From: Phaeosaccion multiseriatum
Lineage: Eukaryota; Protista; Ochrophyta, other classes
Assembly: GCA_965112735.1 (NCBI GenBank)
Contig: CBCOSG010000001.1
Span: forward strand, 1 to 64,000
Direction: 5' to 3'
Length of the DNA stretch: 64,000 bases
Part shown: piece after piece, positions 21,491-29,629 of the stretch
How positions within the stretch are numbered: the first letter of the stretch is position 1
Layout of the letters: each line of letters opens with the position of its first letter
Program-made: the position numbers and the translations under genes
The notes under the pieces: generated by a model
What the model saw: the letters and a program-made list of their open reading frames with translations, nothing else
What the model was told of the DNA's origin: nothing
Databases searched by the model: none

Positions 21491-22612
21491 ATGTTATCTA
21501 CGATGTCATCTTCGCGGCCTCCCTGTACCTGGAGTTCAGCCTCCTCATCTTTAGCTTACGAAGATACTCAAATTCAAACTGCACTTCAGGCTCTGATAGC
21601 GGACCGGCATTTTTGTCTTCAAACTTCAGATCTTCGTCGACAGGGAAATCAACTTTATTGGAAAGCCCACGTTATCATATGGTTTACTAGAGCAAATTGG
21701 CAAAAAAAACGAGTGAAGACTTGGGTCTTCAATTCCGGTCGAAGACGAGTCCTGAAGGATACTTTTTCTGACAACAAATATTTTCGATTCCCGCCAATGG
21801 CTGGACTTAGTAAAATTGATTACACTCAGTGGGTCAGCCCTCAGTGCAAATCTATTACCCAGTATTGGCGTTTAATTCGTCGACGGGCGATGTATACCTC
21901 ATCTTATGTGTATAGACGAACGGTCAATGTTCAGCAGGGGATTCTTCCTGCTTTCGGTGCTAATCTTTTGCCTCTTTTAGCAGAGTATGCTAAAACAAAA
22001 TACGTAACTTTACGTCTTTCTTATTCCTGTTTGCCTCTCCGAAGGGGTGGTCAAGGGGGGCGGAAACGCTTTCCCTACTACAAACGTGCCTCTTTTTTTC
22101 GATCCAGTATTCAAGTTTTTTCTTTTTTGTTTCGTGCGCCGGGGAAGCCTTCGCTTCTTTCTCATTTTATTAAGCATCAAGTTCAGACGAACTATCGAGA
22201 CCGCAGAAAAATGAAATGGTTTCTAAATTTCCTTACAGAAATTCTAAATTTTTATTGGGAAAAGTCTTCTCGATTGGTAGCGGGTTTATGTATACAGATC
22301 AACGGACGTTTAAATCGACGTGATCGTAAGTTTAACTTAAAAAGGGTTTATTCAGTGGGCAAGTTGGGACTTACAAGTACTCGAGCTAATATACTTTATG
22401 ACAATAGTATAGCCTTTACCAAAAATGGTCAAGTAGAAGTGAGAGTATGGATTAACTACGTCTCTCGGACAACGCCGCGTTTTTCTTTCTCAGGTTTTGA
22501 AAAATCAGTTTGGAAACCTAAGAAGGATACTACTCGTATGCATAAGTATTCCCAGTGGAGAGAAAAAATGCCAAAGTCGAGAAGTCAAAATAGGTGGGTA
22601 TCCCGAAAATAG
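21491..22612 (+). CDS. rps3: ribosomal protein S3 (divergent)
   Basis: C-terminal GLCIQINGRLN...FTKNGQVEVRVWI; follows rps19. Confidence 0.9.
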   Translation: MLSTMSSSRPPCTWSSASSSLAYEDTQIQTALQALIADRHFCLQTSDLRRQGNQLYWKAHVIIWFTRANWQKKRVKTWVFNSGRRRVLKDTFSDNKYFRFPPMAGLSKIDYTQWVSPQCKSITQYWRLIRRRAMYTSSYVYRRTVNVQQGILPAFGANLLPLLAEYAKTKYVTLRLSYSCLPLRRGGQGGRKRFPYYKRASFFRSSIQVFSFLFRAPGKPSLLSHFIKHQVQTNYRDRRKMKWFLNFLTEILNFYWEKSSRLVAGLCIQINGRLNRRDRKFNLKRVYSVGKLGLTSTRANILYDNSIAFTKNGQVEVRVWINYVSRTTPRFSFSGFEKSVWKPKKDTTRMHKYSQWREKMPKSRSQNRWVSRK

Positions 22613-22630
22613 AGAAAATCTTTTACTTTG

Positions 22631-23365
22631 ATGCGACTAGCAGACACCTCGGTAAAAAATATGGAAGTATGTAGAGCTTTCCTTCATTGGAAAATGTATC
22701 TTAGTTTTTATGCGTCCAAAGGAAATTGGGCAAAAACCTTCTTATACGGTCGTCGAAATGCTTTATGGGTGCTAAATTTAAAACATAGTTTAGATCGACT
22801 CTCTCATCATTTTAGCTTCATAGACCATATTCTTCGAGCAAGAGGCCGCATCCTTTTTGTAGAATGCCCTTCAGGCTTTGAAAATTATTGGGAACGTTTA
22901 GTATCCTTATACGGCCACGACTACGTAGACAAAGATACTTGGTTACATGGAAGCATTAATGCTCATTTTTCGGCCCGTTCCCATACTTATTCTTTAGTAG
23001 TTCTGCATGACGCCGACCCGGATTTAGGCATTCTTCAAGAATGTTTGAAAGCAGATATCCCTTTACTCCAATTTATGGATATTCGACAGGAAAGTTTAGG
23101 TGTTGATTATTCAATCCCTTATACTTTTAGCACAGGTCCTCAAGTTTGCTGGTACATTGAAGCTTGGCGGTCTTTACTTATACGAAAGAAAAGAGAAAAA
23201 AATTGGCGAAGATCTGCCATTTATTCTTTCTTTCAGTGGAAAACAAATACCCCCCAAAGAAGAGGGGCCCGAAAACTTCTTTCCCCAAGAGCTTATCCTT
23301 CTTTATCTAGTGCTAAAATAAAACTAGTAAAAATACTAATCAGGAGAGAAAAAAAAAATAAGTGA
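22631..23365 (+). CDS. rps2: ribosomal protein S2 (divergent)
   Basis: FLYGRRNALWVLNL, GRILFV, WLHG, LQECLKADIP, VDYSIP. Confidence 0.88.
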   Translation: MRLADTSVKNMEVCRAFLHWKMYLSFYASKGNWAKTFLYGRRNALWVLNLKHSLDRLSHHFSFIDHILRARGRILFVECPSGFENYWERLVSLYGHDYVDKDTWLHGSINAHFSARSHTYSLVVLHDADPDLGILQECLKADIPLLQFMDIRQESLGVDYSIPYTFSTGPQVCWYIEAWRSLLIRKKREKNWRRSAIYSFFQWKTNTPQRRGARKLLSPRAYPSLSSAKIKLVKILIRREKKNK

Positions 23366-23513
23366 AGATAAAACAAAAATTGATGAAGACTCCGAAAAAG
23401 GGACTGAAGACCAAAAACTTTTCCTGCCTTTGGCTTAAACTAAATACCTTCACAATTTTTCTTCCTATTCCTACTATTAATCTTTTGAATTCGCAAAACT
23501 TTTTTTAACCTTT

Positions 23514-24248
23514 ATGAAATACCAATCTCGACCTTTATACAAGCAAATGTTACGCTTACGTACTCTTTTTGGTTCAGATACCAAAATTCTACAAAAAAAA
23601 ACTTGGAGAGATTGGCGCCAACCCTGGAAACCCCGAAAACCAAGACATCGATTTTTTCAGTGTGCCTCTTTAAAATTGTCTTTCTCTGCCTACAAATTTA
23701 AAAAGGCACAGTATCGAGAAAGATTACATCTCAAACAAAATTTAGGTTTTTTTTATGGAGGTCTGTCTCATGCTTGGATGAAAAAAGCCATGAGTTCCTT
23801 GAAAATTTATGGTTTAGAAAATGCCACTCAAGCTTGTTTGTACCGTTGGGGTTTAGGCCGCCAATGCCGGAGCATTCAAGGATGGATTCGTCACAAGAAA
23901 GTGACCAATCTGGGATTTGACTTTCCTGTCTATTATGCTCGGAAGGCAACTCATAAAACTTCTACAGCATTAGGGCAGGTCATACAAATTGAGGGAAGAG
24001 CTTATCAAGTCTACTTGTGTACCTCTAAAGAAGCAAAGCACATAGAAATTTTAACCTGGTTGATGCCGTCAAAAACTTATCCTTTGGCTTATCGATTGGG
24101 GAATAGTAAACAAAATGAAGAAATTACCAAACCTCAGTTTTCTCTCTATTACCGACATCTCCATTTGTGTGATGATCGTCTTCATGTAGTCTATCCCTTT
24201 CCTGTAGATTTTCACAAGTTAAAGAAATTCTATCGACACTTACACTAG
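23514..24248 (+). CDS. rps4: ribosomal protein S4 (divergent)
   Basis: RPLYKQMLRLR, LHLKQNLGFFYGGL, S4-like core, C-terminal YPFPVD. Confidence 0.85.
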   Translation: MKYQSRPLYKQMLRLRTLFGSDTKILQKKTWRDWRQPWKPRKPRHRFFQCASLKLSFSAYKFKKAQYRERLHLKQNLGFFYGGLSHAWMKKAMSSLKIYGLENATQACLYRWGLGRQCRSIQGWIRHKKVTNLGFDFPVYYARKATHKTSTALGQVIQIEGRAYQVYLCTSKEAKHIEILTWLMPSKTYPLAYRLGNSKQNEEITKPQFSLYYRHLHLCDDRLHVVYPFPVDFHKLKKFYRHLH

Positions 24249-24281
24249 ATAAAATTTATAATAGAATTTGCCTGCCACTAA

Positions 24282-24352
24282 GCGGCTATAGATTAATGGT
24301 AAATCCTCTGCCTTCCAAGCAGGAGCTAGGAGTTCAAATCTCCTTGGCCGCA
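24282..24352 (+). tRNA. trnG: tRNA-Gly(UCC)
   Basis: Cloverleaf, anticodon TCC. Confidence 0.93.
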
Positions 24353-24399
24353 ATGAAAATAAGCTAGTCTTGGTGTTAAAAACTATAAAAAATTAAAAC

Positions 24400-25572
24400 G
24401 TGAATCTAATTAGACAATGGAGTGTTGCCTGGAGACGGCAAAATATAGTACAAATAATAAATTCTCATATCGTGGATTATCCTACTCCGGTTAATCTAAC
24501 CTATGCCTGGAGTTTTGGTGTAAGTGCAGGAATTTGCCTTGGAATTCAAATGATTACAGGTATTTTTCTGGCCATGCATTATACTCCTAATGTAGATTTG
24601 GCCTTTTCTAGCATTGAATTCTTCATGAGAAGTATCTCCAATGGGTGGTTGGTGCGTTATATGCACGCTAATGGCGCATCTTTTTTCTTTATTGTAGTAT
24701 ACCTCCACATTTTTCGAGGTCTATATTATACTTCATATACTCGACCTCGAAAAGCCTTATGGTTTTCAGGTTTGGCCATCTTTATTTTAATGATGGCCAC
24801 TGCATTCATGGGTTATGTATTACCTTGGGGTCAGATGAGCTTTTGGGGAGTAACTGTGATTACAAGTATGTTTTCCGCCGTACCTTTTTTTGGAAAGACT
24901 ATTGTAAAGTGGCTGTGGGGAGGCTACTCTATTGGTAATGCCACCCTTGTGCGTTTTTTTAGTCTGCACTTTGTGCTGCCTTTTTTAATTGCCGCAGCAG
25001 TATTCGTACATTTAAGCTTTCTACATCAAAATGGGTCAAATAATCCTTTGGGAGTATCTAGTAAGGTAGACGGTATCCGTTTTTATCCTTACTTTTACAC
25101 CAAAGATCTATTCAGTATTTCTGTGTTTTTGTTTGTTTTTGCCCTTTTCGTGTTTTTTTTTCCCAATCTTCTAGGCCATCCTGATAATTATATTATGGCG
25201 GATTCTATCAAAACTCCTCTCCATCTTGTACCGGAATGGTACTTTTTGCCCTTTTATGCAGTTCTTCGCTCTATTCCTCATAAAGTAGGTGGAATTTTAG
25301 CAATGGGTGCAAGTATTGGTGTTTTGTTTCTTCTTCCTTCTTTTCACCAGGGACGAATTCGAAGTGGGAGTTTTCAGCCCCTGCATCAACTTGTATTCTT
25401 CTGGACGGTAATTCTTTTTCTTCTTTTAGGTTGGGAAGGACAGGAAACCTTAGACGATATTTCTAAATACGTAGGTCCTTTTTTACTAATTGCTTACTTT
25501 GTGGTAGTTCTGCTAGGTTTCGGTTTAAGTTCTTACTTGCAAAATCAACTGCTTGATAAAAATCTAAGATAG
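24400..25572 (+). CDS. cob: apocytochrome b (GTG start)
   Basis: RYMHANGASFFF, GYVLPWGQMSFWG, PEWYFLP. Confidence 0.99.
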   Translation: MNLIRQWSVAWRRQNIVQIINSHIVDYPTPVNLTYAWSFGVSAGICLGIQMITGIFLAMHYTPNVDLAFSSIEFFMRSISNGWLVRYMHANGASFFFIVVYLHIFRGLYYTSYTRPRKALWFSGLAIFILMMATAFMGYVLPWGQMSFWGVTVITSMFSAVPFFGKTIVKWLWGGYSIGNATLVRFFSLHFVLPFLIAAAVFVHLSFLHQNGSNNPLGVSSKVDGIRFYPYFYTKDLFSISVFLFVFALFVFFFPNLLGHPDNYIMADSIKTPLHLVPEWYFLPFYAVLRSIPHKVGGILAMGASIGVLFLLPSFHQGRIRSGSFQPLHQLVFFWTVILFLLLGWEGQETLDDISKYVGPFLLIAYFVVVLLGFGLSSYLQNQLLDKNLR

Positions 25573-25707
25573 GTTAAATTAATAATGAGAACCTTTACGC
25601 GATTTAGCGTACTGTTCAAATCATTCAATTACGAAAGTAAATAGGGAAAGTAAGCAAAAAGAAAAAGAATACCTCCCGAGTCAAAATAGAGAAAATTTAT
25701 ACGTCCT

Positions 25708-26238
25708 ATGGGCACTAAAAAAAAATTTATTAGACCCTTCTTTAAGAATAGAAGCTTCTTAGAAAAGGTGGACCTATTCCTTTTTGCTTATTTCACTTGT
25801 ATTCTATTTACGATGGCAGTATTATCATCCCTTCTTGAAGTGGGATCCTTACTAAACTTTTTAAAGGGAAAGAAAAGTTTTCCCTCGCCGATAATCGGGG
25901 GAGTTACCGGTCTTATCGTGCTTTGCGCTATAGGACTCTTCTTTTTTGACCACAGGGTCAAACAAGATTCCGGGGTAACAGTAAACTTTGGAAAGTTTCA
26001 GGGATTAAGCCCCCTTTCCAAAGTAACATTTTCCCTCTTTTGGTTCACACACTATATTTTAGTGTACTTATTTGGAGAGGTTTGCGCCTATTATGGATGC
26101 AAGCAATTTTCTCATGTCTACCACCTCATACCAATCTCGGAGATGTACCCCTATGAACCCTATCTTGGGGCTTTGGGTATCTTGGGATTGTTGGCTGTAT
26201 GCTTCTACATTGACCCTCCACGGGAGAGGAAAGAGTAA
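25708..26238 (+). CDS. orf176, hypothetical ~4-TM protein, paralog of orf190; leader and start shared with nad11
   Basis: Paralogy with 2745..3317; 25644-25728 is nearly identical to 33201-33285. Confidence 0.8.
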   Translation: MGTKKKFIRPFFKNRSFLEKVDLFLFAYFTCILFTMAVLSSLLEVGSLLNFLKGKKSFPSPIIGGVTGLIVLCAIGLFFFDHRVKQDSGVTVNFGKFQGLSPLSKVTFSLFWFTHYILVYLFGEVCAYYGCKQFSHVYHLIPISEMYPYEPYLGALGILGLLAVCFYIDPPRERKE

Positions 26239-26336
26239 GAGTCCTGTAGACTTTTTATAAATTTTACTAAAGAAGAAGGACTAGTAAGAGCTTATGTTTC
26301 CCAATCTGCCTACTGCTTAAATAAAACAAAAACCTT

Positions 26337-26717
26337 ATGATTCAAACCCAAACCATGTTTCGCCTCGGAGATAATTCCGGGGTCCAAAGGCTTCGAAGTA
26401 TCAAAATAAAACCTTATCCACGAGGAGGTCAAGCTAAATTCGGTCAAGATCTTCTTGTGTCAATTCGCCGACTCAAGTCAAAGGCTACTCAGCGTTATGG
26501 CTTACGGAAGGGAGATAAACTTCGAGGATTTATTTTACACACTCGTGCTATTCAAAGACGTAAAAATGGATTGAACCTGCGTTTTGGTCACAATCGGGTA
26601 CTGTGCTTTACCAAAAATCAGAAAGTACTAGGTAGTAGAGTGTTTTATCCACTTCCAATAGAACTAAGAAAGCGTAAATTTATGAAGGTGGCCAGTATGG
26701 CTCCTATATGGGTGTAA
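26337..26717 (+). CDS. rpl14: ribosomal protein L14
   Basis: MIQTQT...DNSG, RFGHN, GSRVFYPLPIELR. Confidence 0.94.
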   Translation: MIQTQTMFRLGDNSGVQRLRSIKIKPYPRGGQAKFGQDLLVSIRRLKSKATQRYGLRKGDKLRGFILHTRAIQRRKNGLNLRFGHNRVLCFTKNQKVLGSRVFYPLPIELRKRKFMKVASMAPIWV

Positions 26718-27154
26718 TGCAATTGATTTCTTTAAGAAAAGACGTTCACTGCCAATTATTGACCCAGAGTATTGACCTAGCTAGTGTAAATAAGAAAAAC
26801 ACTCACCTTCCTTTACCTAGGCTTGTAGGAGGGAGCCCTTGCGGAGAAAACTCGCCTAGCCTTTGTTCATTGGTATTTATGGATGTGGTGCATGGAACTA
26901 AGCCGAAGATTTTGGGTCCTAGATCCGTTAATCCAGGTAGATGTCATTTAGGAGGTTGGGTTAACAAAAAGGAGGGCTACGGATTTTGGGTACTTATGCA
27001 GGTGGATATTCTTCCTCAGGTGGAAACTAAAATTGAATCTCGTTTAAGTCTACCTTCTGAGAAAAGCCTTTTGAATTTTGCGTCATTGTATTCCATGGTC
27101 TATAACCAACCTAAAATTCACATCTGGTGGCAATTCAAAAGTAGTTTTTGGTAG
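26717..27154 (+). CDS. rpl5: ribosomal protein L5 (highly divergent, short)
   Basis: Directly follows rpl14; LPLPRL, GTKPKI and ILPQ resemble L5 landmarks. Confidence 0.65.
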   Translation: MQLISLRKDVHCQLLTQSIDLASVNKKNTHLPLPRLVGGSPCGENSPSLCSLVFMDVVHGTKPKILGPRSVNPGRCHLGGWVNKKEGYGFWVLMQVDILPQVETKIESRLSLPSEKSLLNFASLYSMVYNQPKIHIWWQFKSSFW

Positions 27155-27305
27155 TTCATAACATCTTAGTAAGTTGGTAGTCCTGATTTTAGAGATAAAC
27201 TTAGTTCTACGGCTCTTCATGTGGCCATTTTCATAGTTTTCATAGGTAGATGACTAATTGTAAATATTATAAGTAAGACTTTATAAAAGCCATGTTGTTC
27301 TGTAT

Positions 27306-27420
27306 TGGCCCCTTTATAGGGGCCACAAAACAGGTGATGCCTGCCTGAAAAGAGTCCGTGGCATTTAGGAGGAAACTACAATACACTATGTTGTGTTGTG
27401 ATTTCCACCTAGAGGCCCCC
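27306..27420 (+). ncRNA. structured element A (hairpin - GGTGATGCC-N14-CCGTGGCATT - hairpin), upstream of trnR(ucg)
   Basis: 19-nt scaffold identical to element B; hairpins TGGCCCCT/AGGGGCCA and TAGG-GGAAA-TACAATACA/TGTGTTGTG-TTTCC-CCTA; RNA status is inferred. Confidence 0.5.
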
Positions 27421-27421
27421 C

Positions 27422-27495
27422 AGATTTGTAGCTCAATTGGATAGAGTGTCGGATTTCGGTCCCGAGGGATGTAAGTTCAAGTCTTACCAAATCTA
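27422..27495 (+). tRNA. trnR: tRNA-Arg(UCG)
   Basis: Cloverleaf, anticodon TCG. Confidence 0.92.
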
Positions 27496-27503
27496 AGTTT
27501 AAA

Positions 27504-27585
27504 GGAGAGGTGACCGAGTGGTTAATGGTGTCAGACTGTAAATCTGATGGAACTTCCTTCATAGGTTCGAATCCTATCCCCTCCT
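27504..27585 (+). tRNA. trnY: tRNA-Tyr(GUA)
   Basis: Cloverleaf, long variable arm, anticodon GTA. Confidence 0.95.
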
Positions 27586-27659
27586 GTGTGTAGGTTTTTT
27601 TCTGTCTTTTTGTCATTGTTGCATGGGTATTTTTGGATTTCAGTTCTCGTCTTTCCTTT

Positions 27660-29125
27660 GGTGACAACCCAGTTTTTGCTTTTGAACAAAGAAAAAAAAA
27701 GTTTTGGCGGGAAACTAAAACAAAAGTTCTGAGAAAAGTCTTTGATCTAAAAAATTAAAGAAAGTTTTGGTTGTCCGTTGATAATAAAAAAAATGAATAC
27801 CACAAAAAAAATCTATTCTAGAATTCCCTTGTCTGGGTGGCTAAAACGCTTTAAATATAAGACAAAACATATCGATTAGAAAGATTCTTCCCACTACAAG
27901 CACAAAGGCAGATATTTGGCTTCAGAAGGCTTGTCCACAGCCAAGAAGAAAATTCTATTTAAGCTTTCTATATAAAATCAAAAGATGAATTAAAATGTCT
28001 TTGTCAGTTTCGTCGATTTACAGGCTAAATTTAAGGAGAAAAGACAGGAGAGCTTTTGATCAACAAACTGTTCCCATAGAAACCAAAAGTCGACTTCGAT
28101 GCAAAATAGACACCGAAAGTACAAAAGCTTCAAAACTTTAATTCTTTACTAAAAAACCTAATTTTTTGATCTACACGATCCTAAAAAAAAATAAAAACTA
28201 TGTTTGTTAGTCTTGCCAAAGTTTAAGTATATTGGTGTACTTCTTGATTCCTACTGACCTATTGTATTATCACCCAGAAGCCTAATGCAAGGATAGGAAG
28301 GACTTATTTGATCAAAATGCCTCACTTATTAAGTTTTAGCATTAATCTACTCTAACTCAAGTTTTGACCCCTTATTTAAGCTTTTTACAGCCCTTAAAAC
28401 CGTCACTCAAATGCGGATAAATAAAGCTTTACCAATAGACAAGCTAAAGTTCTTTTAAGTTTTCATCAAATACAGGAAAATAAACAAAGTATTTCATCAA
28501 CACAGTTTAGAACTATTTGGTCTGTTCTTTTTTTGTAAGCTCAAGTCTTTTCTTAGTTAGTCAGCTTCTGGCCGAAGCTTAGCTTAATTTAACCCCTAAA
28601 GATACTTGAGAAATAATAATTTTCCCTAAATTAGTAGAATAAGATTGCCTGCAAGACTTAGACCACACCATAGAATCAAGTCAGACTTGGAGTGAAGTCT
28701 AGTTAAGAAAGAGGGGACTCTTAAGATAGCAGACTTGGTCGAAATTGAGATAAATAGAAGTGTGGAAGACCAAAGATTGAGAAAGAAAACTATGTCTTTC
28801 GTCAATTAGAAACCGATTGTTTAAAAAATCCTTTGCAGTGTTTGATTTTCATTGAGCCTTAACCCCATTTTACGCCTAGAGACTAAATATTTTTTAAAAG
28901 GCACCGAAGAGAAGGTTAGATTGACAGTGAAACATTTAGTGGACGGAAGGTTTATTCTCTGGACCAAAGATATAAGAGAACCTTTTCTATCGGTTCCATA
29001 AAATAAAGTTTATTAGTTCTAAAAGTATAAAGCACTTTACTTCATCTCAAATGGAGGCTATAATGTTGGTTATTAGGCAGCTGAGACTTTGGTAACTAGA
29101 CTCAGCATCCCAATCATGCGCTAGT
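27660..29125 (+). pseudogene. decayed C-terminal half of nad11 (nad11b)
   Basis: Colinear peptide remnants across stops and frameshifts: NPVFAFEQR..W, FDL..ESFGCPLI..KIY..P..GWL, FLIPTDLLYYHP....RK, TEEKVRLTVK, ETLVTRLSIPIM. Confidence 0.65.
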
Positions 29126-29411
29126 TAAAGTATAAAATTTCCTTGATTTGGTTATGATCTCTTAGTTAAATATGAGGAAAAATTGCTCTTTCCGTCTAAT
29201 AGAAATGAGTTAACAAACTCATTGATGGACATCTTTAATCAATCTTTTCTTTTTGATTAAGTTTTTAGGGAACAGACCCGAACAAAAAAGAGGAAAAAAA
29301 GAGGTACACTTAAAAAAGCCAAAAGTCTGCTCTCGTAATTAAACCAATCCTTTGTACTGAACCAAAACTCTGTAAGTGCTCGAAAAAACCTGTTCCTTAC
29401 ATTAGATTGTG

Positions 29412-29537
29412 TTTTCTCATATGAGAGGGCTACCAAATGCGAGTCCCATCTTTAGCACGAAACCCCAACCCTGTAGGATCTGGAGTGTAATTTGCAAATG
29501 GGCCCTACATACTGGCTGGTCCGGGAACCGGGGAAAT
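29412..29537 (+). rRNA. candidate divergent 5S rRNA
   Basis: Loop C-like CCCATCTTTAGC, TACTG...CGGGA domain-gamma-like motif, closing TTTCTC/GGGAAA; just upstream of rns. Confidence 0.3.
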
Positions 29538-29629
29538 TTATTTATCCACAAGAATCTAAATCATAAAATTAAAATAAAGCTTTATAGACCACATCCCCCT
29601 TGTTTATTTCTTGGAAATAAAAAAGATCA

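Noticed and set aside
27306-27325. GGCCCC..GGGGCC as the acceptor ends of a permuted tmRNA
   Set aside because: No T-arm upstream of the 3' strand and no G3-U70 pair
27594-27758. Short hydrophobic frame with FGD as possible tatA
   Set aside because: No start codon, FGD is not at the end of the TM helix, and the downstream residues fit the start of nad11b better
29542-29550. Perfect DnaA box TTATCCACA upstream of rns
   Set aside because: Single occurrence per IR arm, expected by chance in AT-rich DNA; mitochondria do not use DnaA
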